Below are positions 27,501-39,500 of a DNA stretch of 64,000 bases, piece by piece (the stretch's first letter is position 1; every line of letters begins with the position of its first letter). Made by a program: the position numbers and the translations under genes. The DNA is from Phoronis australis (Eukaryota > Animalia > Phoronida). The notes beneath the pieces were generated by a model that made no database searches, had not been told where the DNA came from, and was given only the letters and a program-made list of their open reading frames with translations. The stretch covers positions 124,001 to 188,000 of the forward strand of contig NMRA01000480.1 in assembly GCA_002633005.1 (NCBI GenBank). Reading direction: 5' to 3'.

Positions 27501-30500
27501 TTTAAGAACGCCGCCGGCGTCAAAACCTCCGCTTTCAGCGACTTTGTCTGCCGCGCTGAATTTTCATCTGCAGTGCACTTGATAAAACATATATTCGAAA
27601 AAATCAGGCCAGAGAAATGAGACAATGGAAGTATATAATCACGCCCGTTTCTGTTACTTAGGACTGTCGCTATTCTCTTTTGATGTGTGACTTGTAGTGG
27701 TGCACGCGCGCAAGTTCCCACACTTCGGAGTGCATGTTACCGTGACACCAACATGTGATTGACAGGTGACTCGCACGTAGGCCCTACGCGCGTGCTGAAT
27801 CCCGCCGCTATCTTTGGCCATAAAAAACGAGATGCATATTGAAAGAGGCCGTTATATTACTTGACGGCATTTCCAAGTCACGATTGTCAGCCGACTGAGA
27901 CATTGCGCGCTAACAACGGGACCGAACAGTGCCGCAGTGCGATATTGCAAGTGATATAAATAGGATAATCTGGACATCTTGCATGAAAAATAAATGTTTT
28001 TCCACCACGAAGTTTGGTAAGGTGATCGTTTATGAATTGAAACATCGCTATTTTGTAGCGTTTTATCACACATTTATGCCGTGGCTCGAAATTTTATTCT
28101 CGATTGACGAGTGGCACACGGCCGCTTAACCCCAATTCTTGTCTTGGACCTACTTCTTTGCCGAGCATGTTTGGCGCAACGGCAAGTGAGCAATGCCGGG
28201 CAGTCGAGATAAAACAGCAAGCCACAGAACCATACGCTGAAAATGTCATTGAGTCACGGAGTGTTGACTATAAACATCCCAAACACAAAAAACATCTGAA
28301 TTAAGGTTTTCAAACTTTTATTACAACCAATTTCAATTTTAAAACTGCTCTCTCTGACTATGAACTTGGCAGCTAGTACGAGACTGTAACCATAAATCTG
28401 ATGTCTGCTGTGACCTCTGCAACACGTGAAGCTTGCACGCGCGCACTTTAGCAAGATGAAATAGTTGCAATCCAAGTAGAGGCTGCGTGGTCACTGGTCG
28501 TCTGCGCTCTACACTACAGGGCTAAATAACGAGACCGCAGGACAGCACGGAGCTATTACTCATCAATTCTGTAAATTTAATAGTGAATAACTAATATGAG
28601 GGCATGATAACTTTTGTTAGGATCATCCGCTGTTATGACATTCTTCCCGTTATGTGGCGACGTGACAACAACGCTCTGAAAAGTGCTACGCGTTCCGAGT
28701 AGGCCTACGACTACGTGTGTGGTGTGGGTACTTAAATCACGAGGTAAGATTAACCGCCCAGGGCGCTTGCCTGTCATAATAAGCACCCATGTTCGGTTAA
28801 CCGCCCACCCTGGATTTTTTGAAGTTTCACGTTTAAACGCCCATGTCTGGTTAACCGCCCACCCCCAATTTTTTGGGTTTGCCAATTTAACCGCCCAGGG
28901 CGTTAACCCGAACGTTTACGGTATGTTCCATTCATGAATGGGATGGCATGAGCGAACTTTCGGATGGATTCGAATACGGGTATGCCCCCTAGTGGCTATT
29001 TTAGTTTTTTATGCTTACCTTTGTATCTTAAAAAGTCCTTAACGGATTTCTATGAAATTTGGTATGTGGGCACCTATTAGTGGGATGACGCTATCCTCCT
29101 GTTTTCGGATGGATTTGACGTAGTTTGCGCCACTTAGTGGCTATTTTTTCGATTTTTTTTGCATCCACCCCTCTATCAACGAAACCGCTCAAAAGATGAT
29201 TGTAAAAATTGGCATATATGTGTTTACTATAAAGAGGACGGTTGACGATGATTTTCCAATGATTTCGACTACTGTGGTGCCTCCTAGTGGCAGTTTTGTT
29301 TTTTTGCGCCTATGGCTGTATTTCCTAAACCGTTTGCAGGATCTTTACTTAATTTAGCAAGTGTATTTATATGATGTTGGCTACGGATGACAACTGCTGT
29401 GCCCCCTAGTGGCAATTTTATTTTTTTACGTTTAACTTTGTATCTTCAAAGGTCCTCAACAGATTTTCATAAAATTTTATATATAGGCATCTATTGGTGT
29501 GATGACTTCCTTCCTGTTTTTGGATGGAATCGAGGTATTTTGCACCACCTAGTGGCCATTTTTGCTGTTTTCAAATCTTGTTTTTGGCTTCCACCCCTGT
29601 ATCAACCAAATCATTTGAAAATTGGCATATATGTTCTCAGTGTGAAGATGACCTTTGATGATGGTGACTGACTACTGTGGCGCCTCCTAGTAGTAGTTTT
29701 GTTTAGAACCCATAGTTCTATCTCCTAAACCCACTGCAGGATCTTTACTAGATTTAGTAAGTGTATTTATATGAAGATAACAACACTGTGCCCACTAGTG
29801 GCAATTTCATTTAATTGTGTTTCCCTTTGTTTCTCTGAAGTTTCTTGACAGATTTTTATGAAATATGGCATGTTCCTGTTTTTGGATGGATTGTATGTTT
29901 TTGCACCATCTAGTGGCCATTTATATGATACAAATAAATAACCCTAAAAGCACACCATTTGCAATTCATTCGTGGGTGCATTTCAATGCTCCGCGTTGCT
30001 CTTGTTTAAATTGTCACAACAAAAGTTTGCTGAGTAAACCATCTGCTTTCCATAAAATCTTAGGCATTACTTAGCATGCAAAAATTCGACTTCAGGAATA
30101 AAGAAGTGAAGGAGTCCTTAACTTCAATACTTGGATTTTTTTGTTATGGGACCCCTGATAGTGGAATAAATAAAATTGTAACACCAAGCATCACTATACC
30201 AAGAAACAAAACTAGCGGTACAGATTATGAATACCACTGTCTGTGACCTGGCATTTTCATGCTGGGCCTTAATTAACAGTTGTGTAAACAACCTACCCCA
30301 GTGGACTGAGCTCACACCCTGAGCGGCATGGCTAAGTCTCCTAGTGTGTCAGAATATAGTCTGACAGTATTTTTAGTTGTATTGTTTTGTTTTGTTATTC
30401 TATTTGATTGGCATGACCCCTGAGTTAAGTACAATTAGATGTAATTTGTTTTCTACAGAATAGTATGGAACTTTCTAGTAGACTGAGTTCAGTAGTGATG

Positions 30501-33500
30501 ATGTAATTTGTTTACTGCAATATAGTGTGGAACTTTCTAGAAGACCTAAGCATGACAGCGATTAATGCAGTCTGGAATAATCTAGAGACTAGTATATGTT
30601 TGTAGAATGATTGGGTAGATTCAGGAAAGTTCTAGAATGTGCTTGAATTGATGTAAAGTTCCAGAACAATGCATTAGGCTATAAATACACATTAAGCATG
30701 GGTTTGTGTTAGTCAGATCAAGTCAGTGAGATCAAGTCAGTGAGATCAAGTCAGAGAGATCAAGTCAATTAAAGAAAGTTAATCAGGAGAATTACAGTTG
30801 AGTTGCAGTGAAGAGAATCAGCAGTTACAGCGATTGTCAATGGAGAGCCAGCTATAGAGACAGCAGGTTATTGAATAGACGAGTGTAACAGTTGCTGAAC
30901 TTGTCTCAGAAGTTCATCACAAGTCAAAGCTTCGCAGCACTGGCTGGAGCATAAACAGACATTACGTCGGACGTTTTGTTTGTGTAGGCTTTTGAACATA
31001 CGGTCGGGATTAATAAACAATTAACTCGAACCAGTCTTCAGTCAATCGCCGCTTCGAAAGCTATTAGCACCGGTCTGTAACAACCTGCGCTCACCCACAC
31101 TCGGGGGAAAACGTGACAATTGGTGAGCACGCCAGGAGCTTACTGACGGTAACAAGGTGTGATAAAGTGGACTTTTGGAATTAGAAACTCTCTATGGAGA
31201 CAAGATCTCAACTAAGGGAGTTAATGGCCCTCGGACAAGAAATGGGTCTGTAGGGGAAACGACACCATAAGTCAGCAGCGGTCAGCCACCGAGGTTCTCA
31301 GAGTAAGGATTCAGTGAAGCATGCTAACCGTGAACGTGCCTTCAAAGGAAAGCTGCGTCTGAAGGAGGGGTATGTTGGAATGAAAAAGGTCTCAGTGTTG
31401 AGACACACAGGCTGCACAACCATTGTGGTTCGATCCAGTCTAGTCGAACCAGGAGATATGACCTGTTGGAAGTGGTCATGCAAGTTGGCGGACTCTACGA
31501 AGAGATGGCTACCTTTCGCCAGGATCAACATCAAGACACCTTACTACACGGGAGAAGTGTTTGCGATGTGCATGGAGCGTCCAGTGTCCGATTTGATTAT
31601 CGGGAACGTAACTGATGCCTTGAAGCCAGGGGATGTTGAGCAACAGCAGAGAGCAACAACTGCCAACGAGGACAGTACAAGCAATAGCCTTGTGGAGGGT
31701 CCGAAAGATGACTCTCAAAAGGGTACTACTTCCCAAGAGGAAAATCCAGTGATTTCAACTCCAGAGAGAGAAGAGGTGGCCGACATGTCGGTAGGAACAG
31801 ATCCTGATGAATCCAGCAGGGAAGCACTAGCAGTGACTACCAGGGCTCAGGCAGACCAACAAAAAGCGGATATTAAACCGTTAGCTGTGTCCCCGACCAT
31901 ACAAGAGATGGGACTAAAGCAGTTCAAGGAATCCCAGAATGAAGATTCATCAATGAAAAACTTATGGAAGCAAGCTGAAGCCAAAGTTCAGCGACAGACC
32001 TAAGACAAGGGGTCATACGTGATGGAGGTTCAACGAGGAATACTCTGTCGAATGTTCAAGAGGGAAGACGGTGACAAGGTGAAACAAGTTGTCGTCCCGA
32101 GTATTTTAGGGAAGACCGTGATGAAGCTCACTCATGAGACTATACTCTGTGGACACCTCGGTGTTAGGAAGACAACTGACCGTATCACCAGCAACTTCTA
32201 TTGGCTTGGAGTGGCATCAGAAGTCACCAGATTCTGTAGATCATGTGACATCTGCCAGAAGACAATCCCTAAAGGTCGCGTGACCAAGGTACCCCTGGGA
32301 GAGATGCCTTTGATGGAGGAGCCTTTCAAAAGGATTGCGATTGATCTGATTGGCCCTATAGCTCGAGTTTCCGACAAGGGTAACAGATACTTAGAGATGG
32401 ATACAGAGGCACAAAATTATGATTTTGTGTTGGCAGGGGCGTGTTGTCAGAATATAGTCTGACAGTATTTTTAGTTGTATTGTTTTGTTTTGTTATTCTG
32501 TTTGATTGGCATGACCCCTGAGTTAAGTACAATGATGATGTAATTTGTTTACTACAGAATAGTATGGAACTTTCTAGTAGACTGAGTTCAGTAGTGATGA
32601 TGTAATTTGTTTACTGCAGTATAGTGTGGAACTTTCTAGAAGACTTTAGCATGACAGCGATTAATGCAGTCTGGAATAATCTAGAGACTAGTATATGTTT
32701 GTAGAATGATTGGGTAGATTCAGGAAAGTTCTAGAATGTGCTTGAATTGATGTAAAGTTCCAGAACAATGCATTAGGCTATAAATACACATTAAGCACGG
32801 GTTTGTGTTAGTCAGATCAAGTCATTGAGATCAAGTCAGTGAGATCAAGTCAGAGAGATCAAGTCAGCTCAACAAAGTAAATCAGGAGAATTACAGTTGA
32901 GTTGCAGTGAAGAGAATCAGCAGTTACAGTGATAGTCAATAGAGAGCCAGCTATAGAGACAGCAGGTTATTGAATCGACGAGTGTAACAGTTGCTGAACG
33001 TGTCTCAAAAGTTTATCACAAGTCAAGGCTTCGTAGCACTGTCTGGAGCAAAAGCAGACATTATGTCGAACGTTTTGTTTGAGTAGGCTTGTGAACATAC
33101 GGTCTGGATTAATAAACGATTAACTCGAACCAGTCTTCAGTCATTGCACCGAAAGGTATTAGCACCGGTCTGTAAAAACCTGCGCCCACCCACACATGGG
33201 GAAAAACGTGACATTGTGGTTGTTTTATTCTTTTTCCTCTGTATCTTCGGAGTTCCTTGACGGATTTGCATGAAATTTGGCAAATAGGTTTTTAATACTG
33301 AGGCAATGATGCCATTCCATTTTCAGACTGATTTTTGTTATTTTTGCATTCATTTTCTGGTCTCCACTTCTCTATCTGCCATCAAAGGATCATTATAAGA
33401 ATGATGTTTTGCTGATAAGAAAGCCAAGACTGACGTTACTGACATTGACTTTCGGACGGGTCGGACTACTGTGTCCCCCAGTAGCGACTTTTTTGTTTGC

Positions 33501-36500
33501 ATCTGCGGCCAAATCTCCGTTACCCTTTGAAGGAAGGACCTTTGTAAAATTTGAAAGATGTATTCCTATGGAGCGGTTGACAATCGGTAACGGGTGTTGA
33601 ACTGATCCAGATACCACTGTGCCTCCTAGTGGCAATTTTTTATGTTTGCCTCTGTATCTTCGGATTTCAGTAAGAGCTGTTCTGCAAAATTCGTATGGGA
33701 AGGGGGGGGCGGCAGTTGAAATAGATATATGGGTGGTGGTCTTCAGAAGAAAATTCAAATTATGGGTGGGGGTTCCTGTAAGAAGTTGAGCATTAAAACT
33801 GGGTTGAATAACTTGACTTATTAGCAGCGTTGTGTTGTGTTGTGGACTGTCTCGGTCCGTCAGTGAGATGGTTGTATTCAGTAACGAAGTGTGGAACACT
33901 CAATTACACTAGTAAAGCAACTGGCAGTAGCAAGATGAGGACTGTCTTTATGTCAAGTGAACAGATTTATATACAAGTTACAAATATGTGGGTTGCATGC
34001 ACCAAACTTTGTGATTCAATATCCTACAGGAAAAAACAGGAAGCAACTATAAGAACTTTCACAACAATCATCTGAACTATTCTGTTGTGTTTGCCGTATA
34101 TGGTAATGGTCAGCTGTCTTTTAGCTATGATTCTGTGAATGACCATTTCGCAATCTTGTTTACTACAGAGATCATCAAAACGTGTGGATGCACCGGATGG
34201 GTTGGTCGCTGACTCAGCTGACAGCCAAAACAAGTTTGTATAAACAAACAATTGGCTAGCAAAGAAATAATATCAACAAGTAATAACAATATCAAACTAA
34301 TGTGCTAAGAATTATATATGTATCAAGAATTTCACAGATTTCATGACAGGTGAAACTACTAGGAATAATTTTGTTTTAATAACAATTAAATTGTTAGACA
34401 AGCAACTGGTGAGAGTTCATGAAGGGAGCTAGAGAAACTACTGAAGCGAAAGCCTGACAAGTCGATCCTGTATGTGCTCTTTCTCCATTATTTCCATACT
34501 GTACCTCCAGAGCTGCTTTCCACTTCACAACACACTGCTGAGTCCTCTGAGACGGGAAAACAAGAGCTCTGTGGCGGATATCCAAGGTCAGTGGTGAGGA
34601 AAGTGCAACCCACTGCGGACATGTCTCGGGTGTTTGATGAATGGAAAATGTATCAGTGTGATGGAAATGTGCCACTGTTTGATTCCAGTTCTACACTTGA
34701 AGATTTCTAGAATGATGTTTTTTCACTGACTGGTGTGGACAAAAGAGCTGGATATGAAGGGCTCCCATCAATAGTGAAAGCTGGCCTCGTCCTTGCACAA
34801 ACTAATGCTGAGTCTGTCCATTAATTCTCACATGCTTTCTTAAGATTGGTGAAGCAACCATGGTAGGCCTCCGCACTGTGAAGGAAGCTGTTTGGTTTTA
34901 TGATCCTGTGGACAGCAAGCCTTAGACAATTCCATTGATGAAGGGACTCGGATTGACCTGTAAATCTTCACATTCAAATTCCCAGGCACGAAGGGAGACA
35001 TGAACGGGAGCAATTACGACAAGAAGCCCAAGCAAAAGCAAGGAAACTTGAGCAGAAGATGGCACAGAAACAGCAGGAAAAGTTGAAGCATGCGAAAAAA
35101 ACACTTTTTGAGTCAGAAGACGATCTCACTAAAGAAGAAGAAAATGGTTTTTGGAAAGTTGAAAGCTGCAGATGAGCTCGTGTCAGAGTCTAATATGAAA
35201 CTCCGAGAAGCATTGTCTATGTCAGAAGTAGAATATGGGTGTGTTTAAAAGGTAGCTATGGTTTGAGATTGTGCGTAGATGGAGAGAGAATGATTAAATC
35301 CAGTAATTAATTTATTATATGATAACCCCTAATTAGACAAATGAAACCTGTTGTTAATTAAGTAATCAACTACAAAGAAGAGTAACTAGGCTAGCACTCT
35401 CTTTAAAGATTACTTTAGTCAATCAAACAAAATAATCAAATGTCTTATCTGTTATCCAATCTGTAGTACTCTCCACTTGTTGGATGACAGTCCTGTTAGT
35501 GAATCTTTGAACTACACACACTGTATTGCGACAGACAGTGTACTTGCTGGTCACAGTCTCTGGTCACCCAACACTTGCAGGCAGTTTCTTCTACCCACTA
35601 TTCTTGCTGGCCACAGTCTCTGGTGACACAATACTTAAGGCAGTATCTTACTACCCACGATGGAAGTGACAAGCTCTTAGTTAACTTCCTGTTCGTTAAC
35701 CATTGCCTTACCAAGATCCTCTCTAGAATCTTCCACAAGATGGCTGTGCTATACAATTTCCTCAAAACACTAGCAAGTCTTTATGATTCAAGTACTGCAG
35801 CACATCTGAATATCTTCTTGATTTTAGCCCATATTATAATAGTCTACTTATTTAGCAATTGGCTAATAAAAACCACATAATTTTATCTAAACCTATCATT
35901 GGCTGTTACAATTTGTTCTCAGAACGCAGAACGCAAAGACCCCAGAACGCAAAGTTGTAAACACCATCTAAAAGTAGATTTTGTTGTTAAAATACATGTC
36001 AACAAGTTTGACCCCATGATTTAAACGTAAATATGCACAAATTTTGGGCAACTTAAAGTGCAACTATTCTTACTAATTACTTAATCAATATTAATTCTGA
36101 CAGTCTAGTTCATCAGCTGTCTCCAAGTAGTCAGTGACCGTTACATTCATGATGTTCAACTCCAAGTAGTCAGTGACCGTTACATTCATGATGTTCAACT
36201 CCAAGTAGTCAGTGACCGTTACATTCATGATGTTCAACTCCAAGTAGTCAGTGACCGTTACAAGTAGTCAGTGACCGTTACATTCATGATGTTCAACTCT
36301 GCAACAGCAAAGTGTGATGAACTGAGTAAACACATTGATGAAATCCGCGGAAAACAAAAGCATCTTGAAAGCAAAACACATAAGCTCCTTTAAAAAGCTA
36401 TGTACAATGATCCAGTCTCTGCAAAAAAATACAAGAAAACATAGACTGTGTGCCCAGTTTTGCTAAGTAACATCAATTTTTTGAGTGTAACTTAAAAAAT

Positions 36501-39500
36501 GTCCAAGTGTTCCATATGTGAACTGAGAGGAGGCAGTGTGGCCTGGTTGATAAGTGTCCGCTTTCTTTACTCGAGGTCGTGGGTTCAAGTCCCACCAGGT
36601 CACACTGCTAAACCCTTGAGCCAGGTTTCTAGCTCCTCAGCTCGGTTTTAACCATATATCAATAAAGCATAAAAGTATTTCCAGGTGATCAGTGCAATGG
36701 GTCCACATGCGAGGCCTGCGCACGTCTGATACAACGTGTATCAGACAGCCTGCAATTATTTTTTATATATATTATATGTGAACTGATGTGTAGAATATAA
36801 TTATGTTTTTTATGCAGAGATAACAACGTAGATACTAATGCTTTTTTCCTATTTTGTACTGAAAATTTCCTATTTTTTCAAGGCCTTATGATACCTGACC
36901 TTGTTACGGCTTCTGTAATTTAACTGATTAGTACCTATTCTGGAAGTGGTGTTTAGGGGGTTTAGAATTTCCACCATTTTGTTTTTATATACCGTATTCA
37001 CCGTAATAACTGCCCAGGGTGCTTAGAAAAGTTCGTTTCAGGAGGGTGCTTATTCTAACCCAAGGCGGTTGAAACCCGGTCTTCGAAACAGGTGAAATCG
37101 GAAGCTAAGATTCATAAAATTTACACTCTGTGACGTATCTGTAATCTATGAAAGACTTTCTAAAAAACCGAGGTGCATTGCTATCAAACTTTGCTGCTAA
37201 ATTACGATCATTTTACAGAAAATGATGAAATCCCAGGGCGAAAACTTGCCGACTGACTGCCTCGCAATCATCGATATGGCAACTTGAATGCTTGAATAAA
37301 AATACAGTTTCGACTTGAGCAAATTACCTGAAATCCTCCTTAAGTTTTCCAAGTAGCGTCCCTAAGGGGTTTTTAAGTTCCCGTGAAGTCAGGATTAACG
37401 GCAGGTTTAAGTACAAATCCGTGCTACATCATGCCATCTACATGTATGATCGGCAACACGAGAAAAATGTCTGGACTAACACACATGTTGTTATCACGTG
37501 ACGTTTGTTTTGAAGTTGTCTGCGTTTGTGAGTAAGCGAGCGCGTGCATGTCACCAGAGTTCATTTGCCAGAGCAAAGACCGTCTTTTGGCCAGAGCCAC
37601 ACAATCTAATGAGCTAGATGTGCATTGTATCTAAAGAAATTTGCACAAGCAGTAGGCCTAAACCAGAGCTTGTTTCATTCAGCACTGTCCGTTCTCATGT
37701 GCTAAAAACGTTCTCCATTTGTCTCTGTAAAGCCATATTAGTCGCCGTGTGGCTGGATGTGGCGTACGTGACTATCTGACAGTTATTTTTCAATGTAAGG
37801 GTGTGTAAGGATTCACTGTCAGTGGTCATTTTATCGGATATTTGGCTTAAAAACACCAATTATGGTTAATCAAACAATCCATCTTAAAAATGACGCTCAC
37901 ATTTTTTATAGTATTAGAAACTGTCGGAAATTAGTGCCAATATTCATTTCTTGCCAATGCTATGCTACTCGTTTCATGAATGGATAGTTCCTGACTGTTG
38001 TCTTTGATGACGGGTTCATGTACGTAGCACGTGCTTTCTGGCCACGTGCTTATAACTCTGGCCAAGGTTTTTATTAGTCCTCGATTCGCGGTTTTCATGT
38101 GTTCAACGAAATTTGGATTCCTGTTGAAAGCGGGAAATATCTACAAAGCAATCCCATAGACAAGTACACCACGTCTGTTCTGAAAGGCCAGACCATTGGT
38201 CCTCTCAAGATCAGCAAAACTTCTGTGTTCATTCTGAGGCATGGCGGAAGCTTGAAGTGTATAGTCATGGCTAAATACCGACATAGCGGCGAGGCTTGTG
38301 GTCTACAAATTCTGTGCGCAATGATTTTTTCAGGACTGTCGGATATTATTGATAAGTTTAAGACGTGACTGTAGGTAAGGCATTTTTCACACGTACAGGT
38401 TCATGGACTGGGTGCTTATTTTAGCAAAGTCTGAAAACGCGTGGGGGGGCTGGGGCGCTTATAGGGGCATGGGCGGTTATTACGGCGAATATGGTAGTTT
38501 GACTGTGTGAGCTGTTGAGTCAGTCATTGTTCTATCTCAGTTGTGATAAGTTCGGTCGCAATTTGCATTTCTTTACGAGTCAGTTAACATGACTTATGGT
38601 TGATGCTTCGTACCGGGATGTACTCATTATCCTCTTGCGTGCACTTTGGGTATGCAATTGCATTGTTTCCGAGGGATGGCACACTCCGCCATATTCACTT
38701 GAATAACCAAGTGTTACCCATTTTGGCATTTTCCACATCACTAGCTGACCTTTGATAAAATGCTTCAATCTGATCAACCTCTAGTCAGTAAAAATGTGAA
38801 AAACAGTTTTTGACCAATTGTCCTTTCTGTACGTGAGGTCCCAGTAAAATACTTGCTTTGTGAGACGTTTATCAGGCGTGCAAATTAGTTTATTCCAGAG
38901 CTGTAATATGCACAATTACCTGCACACTATACTAGGTATCCACCCCATATCTCCATTCATCACGGTGACTTGAGCAAATTTGTGAACCCCAAGAAAGTAT
39001 TGAATGGCCCAATTTTGAATTGAATCGCACCGAGGACAAAACCATGCCCCCCAAACACCAGCGCAATAATCAAGTATCGGGATAACACACGCATCATATA
39101 ATGTGGTGTATGTCTTGAACCCAACATCGTGCATGCCCCTGAATTTAGAGACCATACCATCAACTGCATGACCACCAGATGCAGCTAGTGCAGCAGTGGC
39201 TTGTTTAAATTGCAAATATTCATCTAAAAGGACACCTAATTATTTATACTGACTTACAATAGTGAGCGGGTTATTCGCATTATTGAAGAGACAGAGGTGG
39301 TCTGTCTCACCTGGGACTTACGAAAATGCATAACGTCAGTTTTACTCAAATTCTGCTCCATCCTCCATTGTTTTCACCAAGTGTGCAAAACATCCAACAT
39401 GGCCTGCATATCACGTTCACATGATAAGAGTAAGGCAATGTTGTCAGCATACAGCATGGAGCTTATTATATTATTTCCTAATCATTTCCAATTCAGTTCA

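Larger units (their letters stand above)
33780..36445 (+). pseudogene. Decayed DNA transposase relic, hAT-like C-terminal region, interrupted by a solo LTR
   Basis: At ~34760 translates as [18 protein letters not shown], then [16 protein letters not shown], resembling the hAT dimerisation-type motif; upstream RWL motif; many frameshifts; termini not found. Confidence 0.5.

Noticed and set aside
33393-33899. 168-aa minus-strand ORF as a gene
   Set aside because: It spans a HINE subrepeat junction, has no recognisable domain and no splice context
36530-36602. Functional tRNA gene (also 58105-58170 on the minus strand)
   Set aside because: A/B boxes are present but the anticodon arm and acceptor stem do not pair properly, and a SINE-like body follows
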